Shown: piece after piece, positions 29,971 to 38,827 of the stretch | Layout of the letters: each line of letters begins with the position of its first letter | How positions within the stretch are numbered: position 1 is the first letter of the stretch | Assembly (NCBI RefSeq): GCF_900546705.1 | Contig: NZ_URDP01000003.1 | Location: 20,871 to 84,870 of the forward strand | Source: an uncultured Oscillibacter sp. | Lineage (GTDB): Bacteria > Bacillota > Clostridia > Oscillospirales > Oscillospiraceae | Reading direction: 5' to 3' | Length of the DNA stretch: 64,000 bases | Translations under genes and position numbers: made by a program | The notes under the pieces: generated by a model | Told to the model about the DNA's origin: nothing | Databases searched by the model: none | The model's input: the letters and a program-made list of their open reading frames with translations, nothing else

Positions 29971-30852
29971 ATGGAGAAGTCTTTGTTTGACCAGCGGTAC
30001 AGCACTTACCGCCAGGCGGTGGAAACCTATCTTTCCGGGCTGTTTTCTGAAAAGCCCCACTGGGCGGATCTCTACGAGTCTATGCGCTACAGCCTTCTGG
30101 CCGGCGGCAAGCGTATCCGGCCGGTGATGACGCTGGAGTTTGCCCGGCTGGCGGGGCTGGAGACGTGGCAGACGGCGCTGCCGGTGGGCTGTGCGCTGGA
30201 GCTGGTACACACCTACTCCCTCATCCACGACGACTTGCCCTGTATGGATGACGACGATCTGCGCCGGGGCAAGCCCACCAACCACAAGGTTTACGGCGAG
30301 ACGCTGGCGGTGCTGGCGGGTGACGCTCTGCAGCCGGAGGCGTTCCGCCTCATTTTGACGGCGCCGGGGCTGGACGACGGCCGCCGGGCTGCCTGCGCTC
30401 TGGAACTGGCCCGTGCCGCCGGAGCCGACGGCATGGTGGCCGGCCAGGTGCTTGACACGCTCCACGCCCCCAAGACGGAGGAGGAGCTGGGGGAGGTACA
30501 CCGTCTCAAGACCGGTGCCATGATCGCGGGTGCCTGCCGGATGGGCGTCCGGGCTGCCGGCGGCAGTGAGGCGCTGCTGCGCGCCGCCACGGAGTATGCC
30601 CAGCAGCTGGGCATGGCCTTCCAGATTCGCGATGACCTGCTGGACGTGATTGGAGACGCGGCCGTATTCGGAAAGCCCATTGGATCGGACCGGGAAGAGG
30701 GAAAGATCACATTCGTGGATCTCCTGGGCGCAGACGGCTGCTCTGCCGCAGTGGAGCGGTGCACTCAGGCTGCCAAGGATGCCGTGGCCAGTATGGACAC
30801 GGACGGTTTCCTCTGCGCCTTGGCCGACAGCCTGGCAGTCCGGGACCGGTAA
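29971..30852 (+). CDS. ispA: Farnesyl diphosphate synthase
   Basis: GGKRIRP, HDDLPCMDDDDLRRG, FQIRDD. Confidence 0.95.
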   Translation: MEKSLFDQRYSTYRQAVETYLSGLFSEKPHWADLYESMRYSLLAGGKRIRPVMTLEFARLAGLETWQTALPVGCALELVHTYSLIHDDLPCMDDDDLRRGKPTNHKVYGETLAVLAGDALQPEAFRLILTAPGLDDGRRAACALELARAAGADGMVAGQVLDTLHAPKTEEELGEVHRLKTGAMIAGACRMGVRAAGGSEALLRAATEYAQQLGMAFQIRDDLLDVIGDAAVFGKPIGSDREEGKITFVDLLGADGCSAAVERCTQAAKDAVASMDTDGFLCALADSLAVRDR

Positions 30853-30865
30853 TCGGGCCGCTGCC

Positions 30866-30896
30866 AAGGAGACCCCGGGAGGGGTCTCCTTTTTTT
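30866..30896 (+). terminator. Intrinsic terminator after ispA
   Basis: AAGGAGACCCC-GGGA-GGGGTCTCCTT plus T-tract. Confidence 0.85.
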
Positions 30897-30931
30897 GTGA
30901 AGTATGCCGGTGGTAAATTTGCCGGGGTGCG

Positions 30932-30961
30932 TTGACGATTTCCGCCGTTGGATGCTATAAT
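30932..30961 (+). promoter_or_regulatory. Sigma-A-like promoter for transporter-mmuM
   Basis: TTGACG-18-TATAAT with extended TG. Confidence 0.65.
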
Positions 30962-31004
30962 GTGGCAATTTAGTGTGTGAAAGGACACGAGCACCAAGGG
31001 AGGA

Positions 31005-32447
31005 ATGTACATGCTGCTGCAAATCATCACCGCAATCTCGGACTTTTTGTGGGGAACACCCATGACAGTGGCTCTGGTGGGAACCGGGTTGTACCTGGGA
31101 ATCCGCTTCGGCTTCCGTTATAATTTCCGCAAAGTCGGCTTCAACTTCCGCAATACATTTGGGAAGATGTTCCAAAAGGGGGAGGGAACCGGCACCGTCT
31201 CCGGCTTCGCCGCTGCCTGTACGGCCATGGCCAACACCATCGGCGTAGGAAATATCGGCGGTGTGGCCACCGCCATCGTTGCCGGCGGTCCTGGTGCCGT
31301 GTTCTGGATGTGGGTGTCCGGCCTCCTGGGTATGTCTACCAAGGCCTGTGAGATCATCCTGGGCCAGCGGTACCGGGTCAAGTATAGCCAGTCCATGGAC
31401 GAGTACATGTGCGACCGCTCCTTTGTGATGAAAAACGCCCTGGGCTGGAAAAAGGGCGCCGTGGTGCTGTCGGTGGCCTGCTTTGTGCTGGGGCCCTGGA
31501 CCTGCTGTGTACAGACGGAGTCAGTCACCAGTTCGTTGCAGGAGGGATTCGGCATTGACCCGCTGATCTCTGTGATCGTGCTGGGCGTCACCTGCTTTTT
31601 GACCATCGCCGGCGGCCTCAGGAGAATCTCCTCCATTATGGAACGGGTGGTGCCCATTATGGCCCTCTTCTACATCCTGGGAGGACTGGGCATCCTCATC
31701 ATGAACTGGTCCGTCGTTCCCTCCGCTTTCGGCCTTATTTTCAAGAGTGCCTTCACCCCCATGGCGGGCGTAGGCGGCTTTGCCGGCGCCACCGTCCGGG
31801 ATGCCATCCGCTACGGCATTGCCCGGGGCCTTTACTCCAATGACGCCGGTACCGGCTACGGCATCATCGCCCACGCCTCCGCCAAGACGGACCACCCCGT
31901 CCGTCAGGCGTCCTGGGGCTGGGGTGAGGTGTTTTTGGACACCATCGTGGTCTGCTCTGTTACCGCGCTGTCCCTGATCCTCACCAACGCCTACATCGAC
32001 TACCCCGATGTGGACAGCGCCCAGCTGACCACCGTGGCTTTTAAGGTGGCTTACGGAAAATTCGGCGGCTGGTTCATGGCCATTGCCATCGCCATCTTCG
32101 CCTGGACCACCATCATCGGTATGTATTACAGTTGCGCCAAGTCCGTCAACTATGCCTTTGGTGACACCAAGGCCAACCGCCGGGCTACATGGGTGTATAT
32201 GGTCTACTACATGCTCCCCTGTGTGCTGTTTTACAACATCGAGGCCGACACCCTGTGGGCCATGACGGACCTGCTCTCCGCCATCTATGTCATCATTACA
32301 CTGCTGTTCATCTACACCAAGCAAAAGGAGATCTTCCGGCTGTTCCACGACTTCTGGGACCGTTTTGTGCCGGCCCAGGAGCGGGGGGAGAACCCGGAGC
32401 CCGTGGTCTACGGAGCGGTGGATGAAAAGGCGAAAGGAGAATTCTAA
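31005..32447 (+). CDS. Alanine/glycine:cation symporter (AGCS) family protein, probable S-methylmethionine permease
   Basis: IGVGNIGGVATAI..GGPGAVFWMW, G.ARGLYSNDAG.G; abuts mmuM (substrate is inference). Confidence 0.85.
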   Translation: MYMLLQIITAISDFLWGTPMTVALVGTGLYLGIRFGFRYNFRKVGFNFRNTFGKMFQKGEGTGTVSGFAAACTAMANTIGVGNIGGVATAIVAGGPGAVFWMWVSGLLGMSTKACEIILGQRYRVKYSQSMDEYMCDRSFVMKNALGWKKGAVVLSVACFVLGPWTCCVQTESVTSSLQEGFGIDPLISVIVLGVTCFLTIAGGLRRISSIMERVVPIMALFYILGGLGILIMNWSVVPSAFGLIFKSAFTPMAGVGGFAGATVRDAIRYGIARGLYSNDAGTGYGIIAHASAKTDHPVRQASWGWGEVFLDTIVVCSVTALSLILTNAYIDYPDVDSAQLTTVAFKVAYGKFGGWFMAIAIAIFAWTTIIGMYYSCAKSVNYAFGDTKANRRATWVYMVYYMLPCVLFYNIEADTLWAMTDLLSAIYVIITLLFIYTKQKEIFRLFHDFWDRFVPAQERGENPEPVVYGAVDEKAKGEF

Positions 32448-33404
32448 ATGCGTGTTTCCCTGGAAGAAACCCTTGCAAAGACGAACATCATGGTCATTGA
32501 CGGTTCCATGTCCACGGCCCTGGAGGCGCTGGGCTGCAATCTCAATGACTCCCTTTGGACAGCCAAGGCTCTGGCCGAACAGCCCGACCTGGTCCGCCAG
32601 GTGCATCTGAACTACTTCCGGGCAGGGGCCGACTGCGGCATCACCGCCAGCTACCAGGCCACTATCCCCGGCCTTACCGCCAAGGGCTACTCCCTGCGGG
32701 AGGCGGAGGATTGCATCGCCCGGTCCGTGGAGCTGTTTCTGGAGGCCCGGAAGAGCTGGTGGCAGCAGGAGGGCCGGGACAGCGGCCGCTGCCTGCCGCT
32801 GTGCCTGGGCGCCGTGGGCCCCTATGGGGCGTATCTGGCGGACGGCTCCGAGTACCGGGGAAATTACGGCGTCAGTGATGAGGTCCTCCGGGACTTCCAC
32901 CGCCGCCGCATGGAGATTCTCTGGGAGTCCGGGGCCGACCTGCTGCTGCTGGAGACCCAGCCCTCCCTCCGCGAGGCGCTGATTGAGGCGGAGATCGCTG
33001 AGGAACTGGGGGCCGACTACTGGATCAGTTTTTCCTGCCGGGACGGAAGCCACATCCACGAGGGGGACCGGATTGCCGACTGCGCTGCGGCGCTCGCTCA
33101 GGGGCATCCCCATCTTCGGATGATCGGTGTCAACTGCACGCCGCCTCATTTTGTGGAGCACCTGATCGGGGAACTGCGGGGCAGCAGTACACTGCCGGTG
33201 GCGGTATACCCCAACAGCGGCGAGGAGTACGACCCTGTTACCAAGACCTGGCACGGCAGCCGGGACGGCGTCACCTTCGGGGACTACGCCCACCGGTGGA
33301 TGCGGGCGGGGGCCCGGGCCGTGGGCGGCTGCTGCCGCACGGTGGACTCCCACATCCGGGAAGTTGCCCGGGCCAGAGAGATCTTCCTGAAGTTGGGACG
33401 CTGA
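32448..33404 (+). CDS. mmuM: Homocysteine S-methyltransferase
   Basis: DGSMST.LE, ASYQAT, GPYGAYLADGSEYRG.Y, GVNC, YPNSGE.YD, GGCCR. Confidence 0.95.
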   Translation: MRVSLEETLAKTNIMVIDGSMSTALEALGCNLNDSLWTAKALAEQPDLVRQVHLNYFRAGADCGITASYQATIPGLTAKGYSLREAEDCIARSVELFLEARKSWWQQEGRDSGRCLPLCLGAVGPYGAYLADGSEYRGNYGVSDEVLRDFHRRRMEILWESGADLLLLETQPSLREALIEAEIAEELGADYWISFSCRDGSHIHEGDRIADCAAALAQGHPHLRMIGVNCTPPHFVEHLIGELRGSSTLPVAVYPNSGEEYDPVTKTWHGSRDGVTFGDYAHRWMRAGARAVGGCCRTVDSHIREVARAREIFLKLGR

Positions 33405-33411
33405 ATAAAAT

Positions 33412-33453
33412 GCGCGGTTTCTCGGAATTCCGGGAAACCGCGCTTGCGTTTTT
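33412..33453 (+). terminator. Terminator after mmuM
   Basis: GCGCGGTTTCTCGGA/TCCGGGAAACCGCGC hairpin followed by T-rich tail. Confidence 0.7.
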
Positions 33454-33508
33454 GGCTGGAAGAACAACGTCGGCACAAAAAATTCACATTTTGTATATAC
33501 AATGAATA

Positions 33509-33537
33509 TTGTATAATTATTGTCCCCGTGCTATACT
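33509..33537 (+). promoter_or_regulatory. Sigma-A-like promoter of the ole-oapA-dxs operon
   Basis: TTGTAT-17-TATACT with extended TG; predicted start ~33544 matches the 5' arm of the RNA closing stem. Confidence 0.7.
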
Positions 33538-33544
33538 AAGGGAT

Positions 33545-34200
33545 GCTAAGCGGCGGCGCAGTATTCTAGTCAGATCTGCCGTTTCCTAGGGAGGGCCTAA
33601 AAATCCTCTGAAGGGCACACCGATGAAACCTCTGGTGCCTGCTTGATACGCCCAGTTTTGGGTGGGTGCTGGGGGGAAGCGCGCCACGCGTGCTTGCGGA
33701 CTCAGGGCGCTTTCCAATGGCATGGTTATCCCGACCCTGTTTCCGTGGAGACCTGCTCTTGTGCACAGACGTACGCCTCAAGGTAATTCCGGCCTGTGTA
33801 CGAAGCAGATGACTGAACCTGCAATGCGGTGCATCGGCCTCAATGTGGGGCCGTAACGCTGTGTGCAGCCGTAGCCTGCCTTGCGTGGGGTGGGTGGATG
33901 GGGGAACAACGCCGCATTGGACTCTGGCCAGAGTCCCTGACGGCGATCGCCCCTTGAAACCCGGTCTGCAAAAGAGGCTAAAGAAGCGGACGGACTGCGG
34001 TGGAAATCACCTAGGCTGTCATGTGGATGGAAAAGGGATTGCAGTGCGGACTAAGTGGCAGTCGGGCCGCAGGGACGGCGACGCCCTGCCGCGGCGCTGA
34101 AAGGGGAACCGCCTCCATCGGCAACGAGAGGTGCGCCGCGGGGAAATCCTACCCGTACCTAAGCCGTAAGATTTACCTTTTCCATTGCCGCCGCCTTAGC
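33545..34200 (+). ncRNA. ole: OLE (ornate, large, extremophilic) RNA
   Basis: ~655 nt without credible ORF, closed by GCTAAGCGGCGGC/GCCGCCGCCTTAGC; OLE-like blocks GCAGTATTCTAGTCAG, AAGGGCACACCGATGAA, GTAGCCTGCCTTG, GCAAAAGAGGCTAA, GATTGCAGTGCGGACT, GCCGTAAGATTTAC; directly upstream of oapA and dxs. Confidence 0.92.
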
Positions 34201-34235
34201 AACTTTGAAAATTTTCCTCTTTGGAGGTTGATTGC

Positions 34236-34781
34236 TTGAAAAAGACCCGTTCCGGGCACCGAAAAATGGGCCAGTACGGCTGGGTGGCCACGGTGTTCAC
34301 CATTGCCGTCACGCTGTCTGCGGCGCTGAGCTTGGCGTCGGAATCGCTGATGGCCGGCGCCGGTGTGGCGGTGGCGCTGGTGATTTTGGCGCTGTTTATC
34401 GGTCTTGGTATTTTGTTTGACATCATCGGCGTGGCGGTGACCGCCGCAGATGAAAAACCCTTTCACTCCATGGCTGCCCACAGGGAAAAGGGAGCGAGGG
34501 AGGCTCTGCGTCTGCTGAAAAACGCCAGCAGGGTCTCTAGCGTGTGCAACGATGTGGTGGGCGACATCTGCGGCATCGTCAGCGGCACCACCGCAGCGGT
34601 GATCGTGACGCAGCTGCAGCGAAGCCTGAATACCCAGACTGTGCTGCTGAGTGTTGGCGTAACGGCGCTGATTTCCGGGCTGACCATCGGCGGAAAGGCG
34701 CTGGGCAAGACGTTTGCCATTCGAAAAAGTACCCAGGTGGTGTTCCTGGCAGGACGGTTCCTGCACGTGTTTCATCGCTGA
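34236..34781 (+). CDS. oapA: OLE-associated membrane protein A
   Basis: 4 TM, DIIGVAVTAADEKPFHSMAA, CNDVVGDICGIVSG; TTG start after GGAGG; adjacent to ole. Confidence 0.88.
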   Translation: MKKTRSGHRKMGQYGWVATVFTIAVTLSAALSLASESLMAGAGVAVALVILALFIGLGILFDIIGVAVTAADEKPFHSMAAHREKGAREALRLLKNASRVSSVCNDVVGDICGIVSGTTAAVIVTQLQRSLNTQTVLLSVGVTALISGLTIGGKALGKTFAIRKSTQVVFLAGRFLHVFHR

Positions 34782-34797
34782 GAGGAGATAGAGATCT

Positions 34798-36651
34798 GTG
34801 ATATTGGAAACAATCCATTCCCCGGAGGACGTGAAAAAGCTGGACAAGCATGAGCTTCCCCAGCTCTGTGCTGAGATCCGGGAATTTTTGGTTCAGAGCG
34901 TATCCCGCACCGGCGGGCATCTGGCCTCCAATTTGGGGGCAGTGGAGCTGACGGTGGCCATTCACCGGGTGTTTGACACCCAGCGGGACCGTCTGGTGTT
35001 CGACGTGGGGCACCAGTGCTATGTGCACAAGGCGCTGACGGGACGGCGGGAGCTGTTTTCCACCCTGCGCCAGTTCGGCGGCCTCTCCGGCTTCCCCAAG
35101 CCCCGGGAGAGCGTCCACGATGCCTTTATTGCGGGCCATGCTTCCAACTCCGTGTCCGTGGCTCTGGGCATGGCACGGGCACGGACGCTGGCCGGGGAGG
35201 ACTACCAGGTGCTGGCACTCATTGGAGACGGCGCGCTGACCGGCGGCCTTGCGTACGAGGGACTCAATAACGCAGGCGCTTCCGGTGAGCCGCTGATTGT
35301 CATTTTGAATGACAACGGCATGTCCATCAATCCCAATGTAGGCGCGGTGCCCCGGCATCTGGGCCGTCTGCGCTCCAAGCCTGCCTATTATCACTTTAAA
35401 AAGTGGTATCGGAGCCTGTTTGGCAAGCACCCGGCGCAAAATCCCGTTTACCGGTTCAATCACCGGGTAAAATCGTTTCTGAAGAAGAGCATCTGGCCCC
35501 GCAGTACCATGTTCGAGGATATGGGATTTACCTATCTGGGCCCCATTGACGGCCACGATCTGCCCCGCCTGTGCGACATGCTCCAGTGGGCCAAGGAGCT
35601 CAACGGTCCGGTGCTGGTGCATGTGTACACTGTCAAGGGCAAGGGCTATCCCTTTGCCGAGGCGAATCCCGGCAAGTTCCACGGCATCAGTCCCTTTGAC
35701 CCGGAGACGGGACTTTTGAAAAAGCCCGGCGGAGAGACGTTCTCCTCCGTGTTCGGCAAAACCCTGTGCACCTGCGCGGCCTCGGATTCCCGGGTGTGCG
35801 CCATCACCGCCGCCATGGCGGACGGCACGGGTCTGACGCCTTTCGCCAAGGAGTTCCCTGACCGCTTTTTCGATGTGGCCATCGCGGAGGGACACGGCGT
35901 TTCCATGTCTGCCGGCCTTGCAAAACAGGGGATGATCCCGGTGTTTGCCGTGTACTCCACGTTTTTGCAGCGGGGCTACGACCAGCTGATCCACGACATC
36001 TCTTTGCAGAGCCTGCATGTGGTGCTGGGCGTGGATCGTGCAGGATTGGTGGGCTCCGACGGCGAAACCCATCACGGGTGCTTTGACGCCCTGTTCCTCT
36101 CCGCCATCCCCAATTTTACCGTGCTTTGTCCCGCCAGCTTTGCGGAGCTTCGGACCATGCTGCGCCAGGCCCTGTTCGATATTGAGGGTCCTGTGGCTGT
36201 ACGCTATCCACGGGGAGGAGAAGGCAAGTTCCAGGAGGACTATGCCGCTCAGGGAGCTGCTGTGCAGCTGCGCAGCGGCGCGGATGTGACACTGGTGTCC
36301 TACGGCATCCTCATCAATCAGACACTGGAGGCGGCAGAGCTTCTGGAGAAAAAAGGCATCCATACCGGCGTGGTGAAGCTCAACCGGATTTCTCCGCTGT
36401 GCTTTGCGGATATCGCCCTGCTGGCAGACGCGGACACGCTGGTGGTCGTAGAGGACTCCTTCGGCGCCGGCTGTGTGGGCCAGCGCCTGGCGGCATTGCT
36501 GGCAGAGGAAGGGAAGTCTCCCCGTCGCCTGGTGCTGCAAAATCTCGGAAAGACTTACGCCCCGGAGGGCAGCGTGGCGGAGCTGGAGCACAGCTTCGGC
36601 CTGGATGCTGACGGAATCGCCGCGGCTGCGGAGGAGGGACGCAAACAATGA
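34798..36651 (+). CDS. dxs: 1-deoxy-D-xylulose-5-phosphate synthase
   Basis: GGHLASNLG, DVGHQ, GDGA...NDN TPP motif, DRAGLVG.DGETH. Confidence 0.97.
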   Translation: MILETIHSPEDVKKLDKHELPQLCAEIREFLVQSVSRTGGHLASNLGAVELTVAIHRVFDTQRDRLVFDVGHQCYVHKALTGRRELFSTLRQFGGLSGFPKPRESVHDAFIAGHASNSVSVALGMARARTLAGEDYQVLALIGDGALTGGLAYEGLNNAGASGEPLIVILNDNGMSINPNVGAVPRHLGRLRSKPAYYHFKKWYRSLFGKHPAQNPVYRFNHRVKSFLKKSIWPRSTMFEDMGFTYLGPIDGHDLPRLCDMLQWAKELNGPVLVHVYTVKGKGYPFAEANPGKFHGISPFDPETGLLKKPGGETFSSVFGKTLCTCAASDSRVCAITAAMADGTGLTPFAKEFPDRFFDVAIAEGHGVSMSAGLAKQGMIPVFAVYSTFLQRGYDQLIHDISLQSLHVVLGVDRAGLVGSDGETHHGCFDALFLSAIPNFTVLCPASFAELRTMLRQALFDIEGPVAVRYPRGGEGKFQEDYAAQGAAVQLRSGADVTLVSYGILINQTLEAAELLEKKGIHTGVVKLNRISPLCFADIALLADADTLVVVEDSFGAGCVGQRLAALLAEEGKSPRRLVLQNLGKTYAPEGSVAELEHSFGLDADGIAAAAEEGRKQ

Positions 36652-37469
36652 GCAACAAAACACGTTTGGACGTGCTGCTGGTGGAGCGCGGGCTCCAGGA
36701 GAGCCGCCAGAAAGCCCAGGCCACTATTATGAGCGGACTGGTGTTCGTAGGCGGCCAGCGGGTGGACAAGCCCGGCACCGCTGTGGCAAATGACGCCCAG
36801 ATTGAAGTGCGGGGCGGACTGAAATATGTAAGCCGGGGCGGGCTGAAGCTGGAAAAGGTCATGGCCACGTTCCCGGTTGACCTGCAGGGCGCCGTGTGCG
36901 CCGACATCGGCGCGTCCACCGGCGGCTTTACGGACTGCATGCTGCAAAACGGCGCAGCCAAGGTCTACGCCGTGGACGTGGGCTACGGGCAGCTGGCATG
37001 GAAGCTGCGCAGTGACGAGCGGGTGGTGTGTATGGAGCGCACCAACGCCCGCTACCTGACCCATGAAGAAATCCCTCAGGAGTTGGATTTTGCTTCCGTG
37101 GATGTAAGCTTTATCTCCCTCAAGCTCATTTTGCCGGCGTTGGCAGGCCTTGTGCGCCAGGGCGGGCATGTGGCCTGCCTGGTGAAGCCTCAGTTTGAGG
37201 CCGGTAAGGAAAAGGTGGGTAAAAAGGGCGTGGTCCGGGACCCGGCCGTCCATCAGGAGGTGCTGGAGCACTTCCTTGAGCATGCCAAGGAAAATGACTT
37301 TACAGTTCTTGGTCTGACGTACTCTCCCATCCGTGGACCGGAGGGAAACATCGAGTATCTGGGATACCTGGAAAAGGGAAGCGGTACGCCTGGGACCTTT
37401 GATCTGCCCGCGCTGGTAGCGGAGTCGCACCAGGTGCTCAAGGAGCACGGAGAGGGGAGCGGCCAATGA
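36648..37469 (+). CDS. tlyA: TlyA family rRNA (cytidine-2'-O)-methyltransferase
   Basis: S4 domain, YVSRGGLKL, DIGASTGGFTD, LVKPQFEAG. Confidence 0.95.
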   Translation: MSNKTRLDVLLVERGLQESRQKAQATIMSGLVFVGGQRVDKPGTAVANDAQIEVRGGLKYVSRGGLKLEKVMATFPVDLQGAVCADIGASTGGFTDCMLQNGAAKVYAVDVGYGQLAWKLRSDERVVCMERTNARYLTHEEIPQELDFASVDVSFISLKLILPALAGLVRQGGHVACLVKPQFEAGKEKVGKKGVVRDPAVHQEVLEHFLEHAKENDFTVLGLTYSPIRGPEGNIEYLGYLEKGSGTPGTFDLPALVAESHQVLKEHGEGSGQ

Positions 37470-38350
37470 ATCCAAAGAAAATCATCCTCTGTCCGAATCC
37501 CAACCGGGACCGTGGCATGACTGCTACCAAGGAGGCCCAGAAGATCCTGCGGGAGATGGGATTTCGGACGGTGGTGTGTTCCCCTTTCCGGGATCAGAAG
37601 GACGGGGCCTTTGCAGACTTTGAGGTGCGTCCCCTGCAGCAGGAGATGCGCTCGGCGGACCTGATGATCACCTTCGGCGGGGACGGCACGATCTTACATC
37701 TGGCCAAGATGGCGGCGCTGCACAAGCTGCCGGTCCTTGGCATCAACATGGGCGGTCTTGGATTTATCGCCGAACTGGAGTCCGGCGAGCTGGAAGTGCT
37801 GCGGCGTCTGAAGGACTGGGATTTCCAGATGGAGCAGCGCATGATGCTGGATGTGTCGGTAATCCGTGAAGGAAAACAGGTTTACACCAACCTGGGACTC
37901 AACGATGCGGTGATCCGGGAGGGCCCCATATCCCACGTGATCCATCTGAAGATCGCCTCTGACGGGCGCCACCTGGCGGATATCGCCGGCGACGGCGTCA
38001 TCATCGCTACGCCTACGGGCTCCACGGCTTATTCTCTCTCTGCGGGGGGGCCGGTGGTGGAGCCGGTGGCCCAGACCATGGTGGTGTGTCCCATCTGCAT
38101 CCATAACATGCGGTTTTCCTCTTATGTGCTCTCGCCGGAGCACACGCTGACCATCGAGCTGGAGCGCAACGGCCGTAAGCCCGTCTACCTGTTTGTGGAC
38201 GAGAGCCGGGGCTTTTCCCTGAAGGCCGACGACCAGGTGGTGGTGCGCCGGTCCAAATACGCCATGAAGCTGGCGCGTCTGACGGAAAAGAGCTTTTGTG
38301 AGATTTTTGCCCAAAAAATGCTTCCGGGAGGGTTTAATGATGAAAAATGA
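37466..38350 (+). CDS. nadK: NAD kinase
   Basis: GGDGT, LND, TPTGSTAYSLSAGG. Confidence 0.95.
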   Translation: MNPKKIILCPNPNRDRGMTATKEAQKILREMGFRTVVCSPFRDQKDGAFADFEVRPLQQEMRSADLMITFGGDGTILHLAKMAALHKLPVLGINMGGLGFIAELESGELEVLRRLKDWDFQMEQRMMLDVSVIREGKQVYTNLGLNDAVIREGPISHVIHLKIASDGRHLADIAGDGVIIATPTGSTAYSLSAGGPVVEPVAQTMVVCPICIHNMRFSSYVLSPEHTLTIELERNGRKPVYLFVDESRGFSLKADDQVVVRRSKYAMKLARLTEKSFCEIFAQKMLPGGFNDEK

Positions 38351-38789
38351 GCGCCAAAGCATGATCCTTGAGATTATTTCCCAGGAAAACATCGAGACGC
38401 AGGAACAGCTGCTCTCCCGCCTGCAGGAGCGGGGAATTACCAGCACGCAGGCTACCATCTCCCGGGATATCAAACAGATGCACCTGGTGAAAGAGCCGGT
38501 TGGACAAGGGGTATATAAATATGCCGTGTCCGGCAACCGCACGAAGCTGAACTTTGCCGAGAAGCTGCGTACCATCTTCCGGGAGAGCATCACCAGCATC
38601 GACTATGCCCAGAACATTGTGGTCATCAAGACCATGCCGGGCCTGGCCAGCGCTGCCTGTGCCGCGCTGGACAACATGGAGTTCAACTTCCTGGTGGGCT
38701 CCCTGGCGGGAGATGACACCGCGTTTCTGGTCATGCGGGACACGGAGTCCGCGGCGGACTTCTGCGAGGAGATCAAGGAGATGCTGTGA
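38340..38789 (+). CDS. argR: Arginine repressor
   Basis: TQATISRDIK, GSLAGDDT. Confidence 0.95.
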   Translation: MKNERQSMILEIISQENIETQEQLLSRLQERGITSTQATISRDIKQMHLVKEPVGQGVYKYAVSGNRTKLNFAEKLRTIFRESITSIDYAQNIVVIKTMPGLASAACAALDNMEFNFLVGSLAGDDTAFLVMRDTESAADFCEEIKEML

Positions 38790-38827
38790 TCCCGCCGCCT
38801 GCCGGGGAGGGAAAAGAGGAGATCGCT

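Noticed and set aside
30962..31004. SAM (S-box) or Met T-box riboswitch before transporter-mmuM
   Set aside because: Leader only ~40 nt; no ATCnAGAG or TGGnACC motif
33545..34200. RNase P RNA, tmRNA, group I/II intron or riboswitch as alternative identity
   Set aside because: Lacks the RNase P GAGGAAAGTCC motif, tRNA-like ends, and group II GTGCG start or domain V; sequence blocks and oapA-dxs context fit OLE
33566..34239. Short ORFs called within the OLE region
   Set aside because: No SD, atypical composition, mutually overlapping; better explained by the structured RNA
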